Source: Bispira polyomma (taxonomy: Eukaryota). From it: a DNA stretch of 64,000 nt. Of this stretch, positions 13,176 through 27,472 are shown piece by piece. The notes beneath the pieces are model-generated. The model worked only from the letters and a program-made list of their open reading frames with translations. It searched no databases and was not told where the DNA came from. The stretch is taken from the NCBI GenBank assembly GCA_965649765.1, contig OZ287754.1, positions 38,316,001 through 38,380,000 of the forward strand, written 5' to 3'. Position 1 is the stretch's first letter, and the number at the start of each line of letters is the position of its first letter. A program made the translations under genes and the position numbers.

Positions 13176-13231
13176 AACCCAAGACCTTCGCGTTATTAGC
13201 ACAATGCTCTAACCAACTGAGCTAATGAGCC
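13176..13231 (-). pseudogene. 3'-truncated tRNA-Ile(AAT); same allele at 14452-14507, 19649-19704 and 39227-39282
   Basis: A 32-bp deletion removes the 3' acceptor strand and half of the T arm, giving 1276-bp units. Confidence 0.9.
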
Positions 13232-13756
13232 CTCAATGATATGGGTATAAAGATCCAATGATGAAAACTTAACTTTTATATGGTTTTTATTAACTGCTCA
13301 GGCTCAAAATGTGTAGTGTAAAACAAACATGGTTATGAATGATTACAACAGTTCTGCACTTTGCTTTGTCATAGTTCATGCTGTTTGAGGATGGTAAAAA
13401 GTATGCATGCCAACCGAATTAATAAAGCTATTGTACAACATAATCTAAACCCTTATTACCAGTTCACAGGAGTTGATATGTGATGAAGACATAACAAGAT
13501 GTTTACAAAAGCATATTGGTTATTCCTTTATAATATTAGCCATGACATTAGTGCTATTAGATCTATTCACCAATAAAGGAATATTTGCAATAGGAAAATA
13601 TTAATCAGGTATATGTGGTACAGATCAATTGTACGAGTCAATACTAAATAGATTCTAATTCATGCAGACATCATCAAAGGAGTTGTGAATTAGAGAAACC
13701 TGTAGGAGTGGATATCTTTATCCACATTGTTTCTAAATAAAAGCATCTCTGACAGA

Positions 13757-13828
13757 TCCCTGTTGGTCTAGTGGTTAGGATCCGGCGCTCTCACTGCCGT
13801 GGCCGGGGTTCGATTCCCCGACAGGGAG
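13757..13828 (+). tRNA. tRNA-Glu(CTC), unit 2
   Basis: Same sequence as unit 1. Confidence 0.85.
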
Positions 13829-15740
13829 AAGTGCTTCTTTTTAGGTAAACTAGTCCAGTGATCATTATTGTTTTTTGACACACTGAGATCATTGAGCTGT
13901 GCAATAAATCAAGTAGCCTTTGCAACAAAAACAAAAGTGTTGATTTGGCCATTATTGTTGACACACACAAAACTGTGGCATGAAGTGTCAATTTAGTGAA
14001 TGATCTCGACATAGAAACCGGAATAAGGAACCTAGATTATATGTCTGCAATGTGAACTTCAGCTGAAATGAATGGGTCAAGGCTGTTTCTGTGTATCAGT
14101 TTGCAGCATTTAAAATTGAAAATTAATTGATAATCATTGAAGTATTTCTGGAAGTAGTAAAGTTGTGCTTTAAGTCATCTGTGAAAAGTTATACAACAAA
14201 TGGCTGATTATTTCAAAATTGTCTTTATAACAGTAATAATTGTTTTAGAGTACTTTTACCTAAAGATAGTGGCAGGGAGTTGAATGTTGAAGTATCATTC
14301 CTGTAGTCCAGAATTTTGTAAAATTTGTTAATAACATCAGGTCATAAAAGGATCTTTGAATGTTTCAACAATGTGTGAAGCTAGACAATAAGTTTCTATG
14401 TGTGTATTGCTAATAACAATTGAATAGACAGTGGAAAAATTATATGTTTCAAACCCAAGACCTTCGCGTTATTAGCACAATGCTCTAACCAACTGAGCTA
14501 ATGAGCCCTCAATGATATGGGTATAAAGATCCAATGATGAAAACTTAACTTTTATATGGTTTTTATTAACTGCTCAGGCTCAAAATGTGTAGTGTAAAAC
14601 AAACATGGTTATGAATGATTACAACAGTTCTGCACTTTGCTTTGTCATAGTTCATGCTGTTTGAGGATGGTAAAAAGTATGCATGCCAACCGAATTAATA
14701 AAGCTATTGTACAACATAATCTAAACCCTTATTACCAGTTCACAGGAGTTGATATGTGATGAAGACATAACAAGATGTTTACAAAAGCATATTGGTTATT
14801 CCTTTATAATATTAGCCATGACATTAGTGCTATTAGATCTATTCACCAATAAAGGAATATTTGCAATAGGAAAATATTAATCAGGTATATGTGGTACAGA
14901 TCAATTGTACGAGTCAATACTAAATAGATTCTAATTCATGCAGACATCATCAAAGGAGTTGTGAATTAGAGAAACCTGTAGGAGTGGATATCTTTATCCA
15001 CATTGTTTCTAAATAAAAGCATCTCTGACAGATCTCTGTTGGTCTAGTGGTTAGGATCTGGCGCTCTCACCGCTGTGGCCGGAGTTCGATTCCCTGACAG
15101 GGACAAGTGCTTCTTTTTAGGTAAACTAGTCCAGTGATCATTATTGTTTTTTGACACACTGAGATCATTGAGCTGTGCAATAAATCAAGTAGCCTTTGCA
15201 ACAAAAACAAAAGTGTTGATTTGGCCATTATTGTTGACACACACAAAACTGTGGCATGAAGTGTCAATTTAGTGAATGATCTCGACATAGAAACCGGAAT
15301 AAGGAAACTAGATTATATGTCTGCAATGTGAACTTCAGCTGAAATGAATGGGTCAAGGCTGTTTCTGTGTATCAGTTTGCAGCATTTAAAATTGAAAATT
15401 AATTGATAATCATTGAAGTATTTCTGGAAGTAGTAAAGTTGTGCTTTAAGTCATCTGTGAAAAGTTATACAACAAATGGCTGATTATTTTAAAATTATCT
15501 TTATAACAGTAATAATTGTTTTAGAGTACTTTTACCTAAAGATAGTGGCAGGGAGTTGAATATTGAAGTATCTTTCCTGTAGTCTAGAATTTTGTGAAAT
15601 TTGTTAATAACATCAGGTCATAAAAGGATCTTTGAATGTTTCAATGATGTGTGAAGCTAGACAATAAGTTTCTATGTGTGTATTGCTAATAACAATTGAA
15701 TAGACAGTGGAAAATTATATGTTTCAAATGGTAAGATATT

Positions 15741-15814
15741 TGGCTCATGTGGGGATCGAACCCAAGACCTTCGCATTATTAGCACGACGCTCTAACCAAC
15801 TGAGCTAATGAGCC
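15741..15814 (-). tRNA. tRNA-Ile(AAT), unit 3 (extra G-U pair in the anticodon stem)
   Basis: Cloverleaf with GGCTCAT/ATGAGCC acceptor stem and AAT anticodon. Confidence 0.75.
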
Positions 15815-17047
15815 CTCAATGAGATGGATATAAAGATCCAATGATGAAAACTTAACTTTTATATGGTTTTTATTAACTGCTCAGGCTCAAAATGTGTAGT
15901 GTAAAACAAACATGGTTATGAATGATTACAACAGTTCTGCACTTTGCTTTGTCATAGTTCATACTGTTTGAGGATGGTAAAAAGTATGCATGCCAACCGA
16001 ATTAATAAAGCTATTGTACAACATAATCTAAACCGTTATTACCAGTTCACAGGAGTTGATATGTGATGAAGACATAACAAGATGTTTACAAAAGCATATT
16101 GGTTATTCCTTTATAATATTAGCCATGACATTAGTGCTATTAGATCTATTCACCAACAAAGGAATATTTGCAATAGGAAAATATTAATCAGGTATATGTG
16201 GTACAGATCAATTGTACGAGTCAATACTAAATAGATTCTAATTCATGCAGACATCATCAAAGGAGTTGTGAATTAGAGAAACCTGTAGGAGTGGATATCT
16301 TTATCCACATTGTTTCTAAATAAAAGCATCTCTGACAGATCCCTGTTGGTCTAGTGGTTAGGATCCGGTGCTCTCACCGCTGTGGCCGGGGTTTGATTCC
16401 ACGACAGGGAGAAGTGCTTCTTCTTAGGTAAACTAGTCCAGTGATCATTATTGTTTTTTGACACACTGAGATCATTGAGCTGTGCAATAAATCAAGTAGC
16501 CTTTGCAACAAAAACAAAAGTGTTGATTTGGCCATTATTGTTGACACACACAAAACTGTGGCATGAAGTGTCAATTTAGTGAATGATCTCGACATAGAAA
16601 CTGGAATAAGGAACCTAGATTATATGTCTGCAATGTGAACTTCAGCTGAAATGAATGGGTCAAGGCTGTTTCTGTGTATAAGTTTGCAGCATTTAAAATT
16701 GAAAATTAATTGATAATCATTGAAGTATTTCTGGAAGTAGTAAAGTTGTGCTTTAAGTCATCTGTGAAAAGTTATACAACAAATGGCTGATTATTTCAAA
16801 ATTATCTTTATAACAGTAATAATTGTTTTAGAGTACTTTTACCTAAAGATAGTGGCAGGGAGTTGAATATTGAAGTATCTTTCCTGTAGTCCAGAATTTT
16901 GTGAAATTTGTTAATAACATCAGGTCATAAAAGGATCTTAGAATGTTTCAATGATGTGTGAAGCTAGACAATAAGTTTCTATGTGTGTATTGCTAATAAC
17001 AATTGAATAGACAGTGGAAAATTATATGTTTCAAATGGTAAGATATT

Positions 17048-17121
17048 TGGCTCATGTGGGGATCGAACCCAAGACCTTCGCGTTATTAGCACGACGCTCT
17101 AACCAACTGAGCTAATGAGCC
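17048..17121 (-). tRNA. tRNA-Ile(AAT), consensus allele
   Basis: Reverse complement GGCTCATTAGCTCAGTTGGTTAGAGCGTCGTGCTAATAACGCGAAGGTCTTGGGTTCGATCCCCACATGAGCCA; intact A and B boxes; TTTT about 25 nt downstream. Confidence 0.88.
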
Positions 17122-18354
17122 CTCAATGAGATGGATATAAAGATCCAATGATGAAAACTTAACTTTTATATGGTTTTTATTAACTGCTCAGGCTCAAAAT
17201 GTGTAGTGTAAAACAAACATGGTTATGAATGATTACAACAGTTCTGCACTTTGCTTTGTCATAGTTCATACTGTTTGAGGATGGTAAAAAGTATGCATGC
17301 CAACCGAATTAATAAAGCTATTGTACAACATAATCTAAACCGTTATTACCAGTTCACAGGAGTTGATATGTGATGAAGACATAACAAGATGTTTACAAAA
17401 GCATATTGGTTATTCCTTTATAATATTAGCCATGACATTAGTGCTATTAGATCTATTCACCAACAAAGGAATATTTGCAATAGGAAAATATTAATCAGGT
17501 ATATGTGGTACAGATCAATTGTACGAGTCAATACTAAATAGATTCTAATTCATGCAGACATCATCAAAGGAGTTGTGAATTAGAGAAACCTGTAGGAGTG
17601 GATATCTTTATCCACATTGTTTCTAAATAAAAGCATCTCTGACAGATCCCTGTTGGTCTAGTGGTTAGGATCCGGTGCTCTCACCGCTGTGGCCGGGGTT
17701 TGATTCCACGACAGGGAGAAGTGCTTCTTCTTAGGTAAACTAGTCCAGTGATCATTATTGTTTTTTGACACACTGAGATCATTGAGCTGTGCAATAAATC
17801 AAGTAGCCTTTGCAACAAAAACAAAAGTGTTGATTTGGCCATTATTGTTGACACACACAAAACTGTGGCATGAAGTGTCAATTTAGTGAATGATCTCGAC
17901 ATAGAAACTGGAATAAGGAACCTAGATTATATGTCTGCAATGTGAACTTCAGCTGAAATGAATGGGTCAAGGCTGTTTCTGTGTATCAGTTTGCAGCATT
18001 TAAAATTGAAAATTAATTGATAATCATTGAAGTATTTCTGGAAGTAGTAAAGTTGTGCTTTAAGTCATCTGTGAAAAGTTATACAACAAATGGCTGATTA
18101 TTTCAAAATTATCTTTATAACAGTAATAATTGTTTTAGAGTACTTTTACCTAAAGATAGTGGCAGGGAGTTGAATATTGAAGTATCTTACCTGTAGTCCA
18201 GAATTTTGTGAAATTTGTTAATAACATCAGGTCATAAAAGGATCTTTGAATGTTTCAATGATGTGTGAAGCTAGACAATAAGTTTCTATGTGTGTATTGC
18301 TAATAACAATTGAATAGACAGTGGAAAATTATATGTTTCAAATGGTAAGATATT

Positions 18355-18428
18355 TGGCTCATGTGGGGATCGAACCCAAGACCTTCGCGTTATTAGCACG
18401 ACGCTCTAACCAACTGAGCTAATGAGCC
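18355..18428 (-). tRNA. tRNA-Ile(AAT)
   Basis: Consensus allele. Confidence 0.88.
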
Positions 18429-20937
18429 CTCAATAAGATGGATATAAAGATCCAATGATGAAAACTTAACTTTTATATGGTTTTTATTAACTGCTCAGGC
18501 TCAAAATGTGTAGTGTAAAACAAACATGGTTATGAATGATTACAACAGTTCTGCACTTTGCTTTGTCATAGTTCATGCTGTTTGAGGATGGTAAAAAGTA
18601 TGCATGCCAACCGAATTAATAAAGCTATTGTACAACATAATCTAAACCGTTATTACCAGTTCACAGGAGTTGATATGTGATGAAGACATAACAAGATGTT
18701 TACAAAAGCATATTGGTTATTCCTTTATAATATTAGCCATGACATTAGTGCTATTAGATCTATTCACCAACAAAGGAATATTTGCAATAGGAAAATATTA
18801 ATCAGGTATATGTGGTACAGATCAATTGTACGAGTCAATACTAAATAGATTCTAATTCATGCAGACATCATCAAAGGAGTTGTGAATTAGAGAAACCTGT
18901 AGGAGTGGATATCTTTATCCACATTGTTTCTAAATAAAAGCATCTCTGACAGATCCCTGTTGGTCTAGTGGTTAGGATCCGGTGCTCTCACCGCCGTGGC
19001 CGGGGTTTGATTCCACGACAGGGAGAAGTGCTTCTTCTTAGGTAAACTAGTCCAGTGATCATTATTGTTTTTTGACACACTGAGATCATTGAGCTGTGCA
19101 ATAAATCAAGTTGCCTTTGTAACAAAAACAAAAGTGTTGATTTGGCCATTATTGTTGACACACACAAAACTGTGGCATGAAGTGTCAATTTAGTGAATGA
19201 TCTCGACATAGAAACTGGAATAAGGAACCTAGATTATATGTCTGCAATGTGAACTTCAGCTGAAATGAATGGGTCAAGGCTGTTTCTGTGTATAAGTTTG
19301 CAGCATTTAAAATTGAAAATTAATTGATAATCATTGAAGTATTTCTGGAAGTAGTAAAGTTGTGCTTTAAGTCATCTGTGAAAAGTTATACAACAAATGG
19401 CTGATTATTTCAAAATTGTCTTTATAACAGTAATAATTGTTTTAGAGTACTTTTACCTAAAGATAGTGGCAGGGAGTTGAATGTTGAAGTATCATTCCTG
19501 TAGTCCAGAATTTTGTAAAATTTGTTAATAACATCAGGTCATAAAAGGATCTTTGAATGTTTCAACAATGTGTGAAGCTAGACAATAAGTTTCTATGTGT
19601 GTATTGCTAATAACAATTGAATAGACAGTGGAAAAATTATATGTTTCAAACCCAAGACCTTCGCGTTATTAGCACAATGCTCTAACCAACTGAGCTAATG
19701 AGCCCTCAATGATATGGGTATAAAGATCCAATGATGAAAACTTAACTTTTATATGGTTTTTATTAACTGCTCAGGCTCAAAATGTGTAGTGTAAAACAAA
19801 CATGGTTATGAATGATTACAACAGTTCTGCACTTTGCTTTGTCATAGTTCATGCTGTTTGAGGATGGTAAAAAGTATGCATGCCAACCGAATTAATAAAG
19901 CTATTGTACAACATAATCTAAACCCTTATTACCAGTTCACAGGAGTTGATATGTGATGAAGACATAACAAGATGTTTACAAAAGCATATTGGTTATTCCT
20001 TTATAATATTAGCCATGACATTAGTGCTATTAGATCTATTCACCAATAAAGGAATATTTGCAATAGGAAAATATTAATCAGGTATATGTGGTACAGATCA
20101 ATTGTACGAGTCAATACTAAATAGATTCTAATTCATGCAGACATCATCAAAGGAGTTGTGAATTAGAGAAACCTGTAGGAGTGGATATCTTTATCCACAT
20201 TGTTTCTAAATAAAAGCATCTCTGACAGATCTCTGTTGGTCTAGTGGTTAGGATCTGGCGCTCTCACCGCTGTGGCCGGAGTTTGATTCCCTGACAGGGA
20301 GAAGTGCTTCTTTTTAGGTAAACTAGTCCAGTGATCATTATTGTTTTTTGACACACTGAGATCATTGAGCTGTGCAATAAATCAAGTAGCCTTTGCAACA
20401 AAAACAAAAGTGTTGATTTGGCCATTATTGTTGACACACACAAAACTGTGGCATGAAGTGTCAATTTAGTGAATGATCTTGACATAGAAACCGGAATAAG
20501 GAACCTAGATTATATGTCTGCAATGTGAACTTCAGCTGAAATGAATGGGTCAAGGCTGTTTCTGTGTATCAGTTTGCAGCATTTAAAATTGAAAATTAAT
20601 TGATAATCATTGAAGTATTTCTGGAAGTAGTAAAGTTGTGCTTTAAGTCATCTGTGAAAAGTTATACAACAAATGGCTGATTATTTTAAAATTATCTTTA
20701 TAACAGTAATAATTGTTTTAGAGTACTTTTACCTAAAGATAGTGGCAGGGAGTTGAATATTGAAGTATCTTTCCTGTAGTCTAGAATTTTGTGAAATTTG
20801 TTAATAACATCAGGTCATAAAAGGATCTTTGAATGTTTCAATGATGTGTGAAGCTAGACAATAAGTTTCTATGTGTGTATTGCTAATAACAATTGAATAG
20901 ACAGTGGAAAATTATATGTTTCAAATGGTAAGATATT

Positions 20938-21011
20938 TGGCTCATGTGGGGATCGAACCCAAGACCTTCGCGTTATTAGCACGACGCTCTAACCAACTGA
21001 GCTAATGAGCC
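20938..21011 (-). tRNA. tRNA-Ile(AAT)
   Basis: Consensus allele. Confidence 0.88.
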
Positions 21012-22244
21012 CTCAATGAGATGGATATAAAGATCCAATGATGAAAACTTAACTTTTATATGGTTTTTATTAACTGCTCAGGCTCAAAATGTGTAGTGTA
21101 AAACAAACATGGTTATGAATGATTACAACAGTTCTGCACTTTGCTTTGTCATAGTTCATACTGTTTGAGGATGGTAAAAAGTATGCATGCCAACCGAATT
21201 AATAAAGCTATTGTACAACATAATCTAAACCGTTATTACCAGTTCACAGGAGTTGATATGTGATGAAGACATAACAAGATGTTTACAAAAGCATATTGGT
21301 TATTCCTTTATAATATTAGCCATGACATTAGTGCTATTAGATCTATTCACCAACAAAGGAATATTTGCAATAGGAAAATATTAATCAGGTATATGTGGTA
21401 CAGATCAATTGTACGAGTCAATACTAAATAGATTCTAATTCATGCAGACATCATCAAAGGAGTTGTGAATTAGAGAAACCTGTAGGAGTGGATATCTTTA
21501 TCCACATTGTTTCTAAATAAAAGCATCTCTGACAGATCCCTGTTGGTCTAGTGGTTAGGATCTGGCGCTCTCACCGGTGTGGCCGGAGTTCGATTCCCTG
21601 ACAGGGAGAAGTGCTTCTTTTTAGGTAAACTAGTCCAGTGATCATTATTGTTTTTTGACACACTGAGATCATTGAGCTGTGCAATAAATCAAGTAGCCTT
21701 TGCAACAAAAACAAAAGTGTTGATTTGGCCATTATTGTTGACACACACAAAACTGTGGCATGAAGTGTCAATTTAGTGAATGATCTCGACATAGAAACTG
21801 GAATAAGGAACCTAGATTATATGTCTGCAATGTGAACTTCAGCTGAAATGAATGGGTCAAGGCTGTTTCTGTGTATCAGTTTGCAGCATTTAAAATTGAA
21901 AATTAATTGATAATCATTGAAGTATTTCTGGAAGTAGTAAAGTTGTGCTTTAAGTCATCTGTGAAAAGTTATACAACAAATGGCTGATTATTTCAAAATT
22001 ATCTTTATAACAGTAATAATTGTTTTAGAGTACTTTTACCTAAAGATAGTGGCAGGGAGTTGAATATTGAAGTATCTTACCTGTAGTCCAGAATTTTGTG
22101 AAATTTGTTAATAACATCAGGTCATAAAAGGATCTTTGAATGTTTCAATGATGTGTGAAGCTAGACAATAAGTTTCTATGTGTGTATTGCTAATAACAAT
22201 TGAATAGACAGTGGAAAATTATATGTTTCAAATGGTAAGATATT

Positions 22245-22318
22245 TGGCTCATGTGGGGATCGAACCCAAGACCTTCGCGTTATTAGCACGACGCTCTAAC
22301 CAACTGAGCTAATGAGCC
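22245..22318 (-). tRNA. tRNA-Ile(AAT)
   Basis: Consensus allele. Confidence 0.88.
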
Positions 22319-23551
22319 CTCAATAAGATGGATATAAAGATCCAATGATGAAAACTTAACTTTTATATGGTTTTTATTAACTGCTCAGGCTCAAAATGTG
22401 TAGTGTAAAACAAACATGGTTATGAATGATTACAACAGTTCTGCACTTTGCTTTGTCATAGTTCATGCTGTTTGAGGATGGTAAAAAGTATGCATGCCAA
22501 CCGAATTAATAAAGCTATTGTACAACATAATCTAAACCGTTATTACCAGTTCACAGGAGTTGATATGTGATGAAGACATAACAAGATGTTTACAAAAGCA
22601 TATTGGTTATTCCTTTATAATATTAGCCATGACATTAGTGCTATTAGATCTATTCACCAACAAAGGAATATTTGCAATAGGAAAATATTAATCAGGTATA
22701 TGTGGTACAGATCAATTGTACGAGTCAATACTAAATAGATTCTAATTCATGCAGACATCATCAAAGGAGTTGTGAATTAGAGAAACCTGTAGGAGTGGAT
22801 ATCTTTATCCACATTGTTTCTAAATAAAAGCATCTCTGACAGATCCCTGTTGGTCTAGTGGTTAGGATCCGGTGCTCTCACCGCTGTGGCCGGGGTTTGA
22901 TTCCACGACAGGGAGAAGTGCTTCTTCTTAGGTAAACTAGTCCAGTGATCATTATTGTTTTTTGACACACTGAGATCATTGAGCTGTGCAATAAATCAAG
23001 TTGCCTTTGCAACAAAAACAAAAGTGTTGATTTGGCCATTATTGTTGACACACACAAAACTGTGGCATGAAGTGTCAATTTAGTGAATGATCTCGACATA
23101 GAAACTGGAATAAGGAACCTAGATTATATGTCTGCAATGTGAACTTCAGCTGAAATGAATGGGTCAAGGCTGTTTCTGTGTATAAGTTTGCAGCATTTAA
23201 AATTGAAAATTAATTGATAATCATTGAAGTATTTCTGGAAGTAGTAAAATTGTGCTTTAAGTCATCTGTGAAAAGTTATACAACAAATGGCTGATTATTT
23301 CAAAATTATCTTTATAACAGTAATAATTGTTTTAGAGTACTTTTACCTAAAGATAGTGGCAGGGAGTTGAATATTGAAGTATCTTTCCTGTAGTCCAGAA
23401 TTTTGTGAAATTTGTTAATAACATCAGGTCATAAAAGGATCTTAGAATGTTTCAATGATGTGTGAAGCTAGACAATAAGTTTCTATGTGTGTATTGCTAA
23501 TAACAATTGAATAGACAGTGGAAAATTATATGTTTCAAATGGTAAGATATT

Positions 23552-23625
23552 TGGCTCATGTGGGGATCGAACCCAAGACCTTCGCGTTATTAGCACGACG
23601 CTCTAACCAACTGAGCTAATGAGCC
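23552..23625 (-). tRNA. tRNA-Ile(AAT)
   Basis: Consensus allele. Confidence 0.88.
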
Positions 23626-24858
23626 CTCAATGAGATGGATATAAAGATCCAATGATGAAAACTTAACTTTTATATGGTTTTTATTAACTGCTCAGGCTCA
23701 AAATGTGTAGTGTAAAACAAACATGGTTATGAATGATTACAACAGTTCTGCACTTTGCTTTGTCATAGTTCATGCTGTTTGAGGATGGTAAAAAGTATGC
23801 ATGCCAACCGAATTAATAAAGCTATTGTACAACATAATCTAAACCGTTATTACCAGTTCACAGGAGTTGATATGTGATGAAGACATAACAAGATGTTTAC
23901 AAAAGCATATTGGTTATTCCTTTATAATATTAGCCATGACATTAGTGCTATTAGATCTATTCACCAACAAAGGAATATTTGCAATAGGAAAATATTAATC
24001 AGGTATATGTGGTACAGATCAATTGTACGAGTCAATACTAAATAGATTCTAATTCATGCAGACATCATCAAAGGAGTTGTGAATTAGAGAAACCTGTAGG
24101 AGTGGATATCTTTATCCACATTGTTTCTAAATAAAAGCATCTCTGACAGATCCCTGTTGGTCTAGTGGTTAGGATCCGGTGCTCTCACCGCTGTGGCCGG
24201 GGTTTGATTCCACGACAGGGAGAAGTGCTTCTTCTTAGGTAAACTAGTCCAGTGATCATTATTGTTTTTTGACACACTGAGATCATTGAGCTGTGCAATA
24301 AATCAAGTTGCCTTTGCAACAAAAACAAAAGTGTTGATTTGGCCATTATTGTTGACACACACAAAACTGTGGCATGAAGTGTCAATTTAGTGAATGATCT
24401 CGACATAGAAACTGGAATAAGGAACCTAGATTATATGTCTGCAATGTGAACTTCAGCTGAAATGAATGGGTCAAGGCTGTTTCTGTGTATAAGTTTGCAG
24501 CATTTAAAATTGAAAATTAATTGATAATCATTGAAGTATTTCTGGAAGTAGTAAAATTGTGCTTTAAGTCATCTGTGAAAAGTTATACAACAAATGGCTG
24601 ATTATTTCAAAATTATCTTTATAACAGTAATAATTGTTTTAGAGTACTTTTACCTAAAGATAGTGGCAGGGAGTTGAATATTGAAGTATCTTTCCTGTAG
24701 TCCAGAATTTTGTGAAATTTGTTAATAACATCAGGTCATAAAAGGATCTTAGAATGTTTCAATGATGTGTGAAGCTAGACAATAAGTTTCTATGTGTGTA
24801 TTGCTAATAACAATTGAATAGACAGTGGAAAATTATATGTTTCAAATGGTAAGATATT

Positions 24859-24932
24859 TGGCTCATGTGGGGATCGAACCCAAGACCTTCGCGTTATTAG
24901 CACGACGCTCTAACCAACTGAGCTAATGAGCC
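24859..24932 (-). tRNA. tRNA-Ile(AAT)
   Basis: Consensus allele. Confidence 0.88.
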
Positions 24933-26165
24933 CTCAATGAGATGGATATAAAGATCCAATGATGAAAACTTAACTTTTATATGGTTTTTATTAACTGCTC
25001 AGGCTCAAAATGTGTAGTGTAAAACAAACATGGTTATGAATGATTACAACAGTTCTGCACTTTGCTTTGTCATAGTTCATGCTGTTTGAGGATGGTAAAA
25101 AGTATGCATGCCAACCGAATTAATAAAGCTATTGTACAACATAATCTAAACCGTTATTACCAGTTCACAGGAGTTGATATGTGATGAAGACATAACAAGA
25201 TGTTTACAAAAGCATATTGGTTATTCCTTTATAATATTAGCCATGACATTAGTGCTATTAGATCTATTCACCAACAAAGGAATATTTGCAATAGGAAAAT
25301 ATTAATTAGGTATATGTGGTACAGATCAATTGTACGAGTCAATACTAAATAGATTCTAATTCATGCAGACATCATCAAAGGAGTTGTGAATTAGAGAAAC
25401 CTGTAGGAGTGGATATCTTTATCCACATTGTTTCTAAATAAAAGCATCTCTGACAGATCCCTGTTGGTCTAGTGGTTAGGATCCGGTGCTCTCACCGCTG
25501 TGGCCGGGGTTTGATTCCACGACAGGGAGAAGTGCTTCTTCTTAGGTAAACTAGTCCAGTGATCATTATTGTTTTTTGACACACTGAGATCATTGAGCTG
25601 TGCAATAAATCAAGTTGCCTTTGCAACAAAAACAAAAGTGTTGATTTGGCCATTATTGTTGACACACACAAAACTGTGGCATGAAGTGTCAATTTAGTGA
25701 ATGATCTCGACATAGAAACTGGAATAAGGAACCTAGATTATATGTCTGCAATGTGAACTTCAGCTGAAATGAATGGGTCAAGGCTGTTTCTGTGTATAAG
25801 TTTGCAGCATTTAAAATTGAAAATTAATTGATAATCATTGAAGTATTTCTGGAAGTAGTAAAATTGTGCTTTAAGTCATCTGTGAAAAGTTATACAACAA
25901 ATGGCTGATTATTTCAAAATTATCTTTATAACAGTAATAATTGTTTTAGAGTACTTTTACCTAAAGATAGTGGCAGGGAGTTGAATATTGAAGTATCTTT
26001 CCTGTAGTCCAGAATTTTGTGAAATTTGTTAATAACATCAGGTCATAAAAGGATCTTAGAATGTTTCAATGATGTGTGAAGCTAGACAATAAGTTTCTAT
26101 GTGTGTATTGCTAATAACAATTGAATAGACAGTGGAAAATTATATGTTTCAAATGGTAAGATATT

Positions 26166-26239
26166 TGGCTCATGTGGGGATCGAACCCAAGACCTTCGCG
26201 TTATTAGCACGACGCTCTAACCAACTGAGCTAATGAGCC
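26166..26239 (-). tRNA. tRNA-Ile(AAT)
   Basis: Consensus allele. Confidence 0.88.
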
Positions 26240-27472
26240 CTCAATGAGATGGATATAAAGATCCAATGATGAAAACTTAACTTTTATATGGTTTTTATTA
26301 ACTGCTCAGGCTCAAAATGTGTAGTGTAAAACAAACATGGTTATGAATGATTACAACAGTTCTGCACTTTGCTTTGTCATAGTTCATACTGTTTGAGGAT
26401 GGTAAAAAGTATGCATGCCAACCGAATTAATAAAGCTATTGTACAACATAATCTAAACCGTTATTACCAGTTCACAGGAGTTGATATGTGATGAAGACAT
26501 AACAAGATGTTTACAAAAGCATATTGGTTATTCCTTTATAATATTAGCCATGACATTAGTGCTATTAGATCTATTCACCAACAAAGGAATATTTGCAATA
26601 GGAAAATATTAATCAGGTATATGTGGTACAGATCAATTGTACGAGTCAATACTAAATAGATTCTAATTCATGCAGACATCATCAAAGGAGTTGTGAATTA
26701 GAGAAACCTGTAGGAGTGGATATCTTTATCCACATTGTTTCTAAATAAAAGCATCTCTGACAGATCCCTGTTGGTCTAGTGGTTAGGATCCGGTGCTCTC
26801 ACCGCTGTGGCCGGGGTTTGATTCCACGACAGGGAGAAGTGCTTCTTCTTAGGTAAACTAGTCCAGTGATCATTATTGTTTTTTGACACACTGAGATCAT
26901 TGAGCTGTGCAATAAATCAAGTAGCCTTTGCAACAAAAACAAAAGTGTTGATTTGGCCATTATTGTTGACACACACAAAACTGTGGCATGAAGTGTCAAT
27001 TTAGTGAATGATCTCGACATAGAAACTGGAATAAGGAACCTAGATTATATGTCTGCAATGTGAACTTCAGCTGAAATGAATGGGTCAAGGCTGTTTCTGT
27101 GTATCAGTTTGCAGCATTTAAAATTGAAAATTAATTGATAATCATTGAAGTATTTCTGGAAGTAGTAAAGTTGTGCTTTAAGTCATCTGTGAAAAGTTAT
27201 ACAACAAATGGCTGATTATTTCAAAATTATCTTTATAACAGTAATAATTGTTTTAGAGTACTTTTACCTAAAGATAGTGGCAGGGAGTTGAATATTGAAG
27301 TATCTTACCTGTAGTCCAGAATTTTGTGAAATTTGTTAATAACATCAGGTCATAAAAGGATCTTTGAATGTTTCAATGATGTGTGAAGCTAGACAATAAG
27401 TTTCTATGTGTGTATTGCTAATAACAATTGAATAGACAGTGGAAAATTATATGTTTCAAATGGTAAGATATT

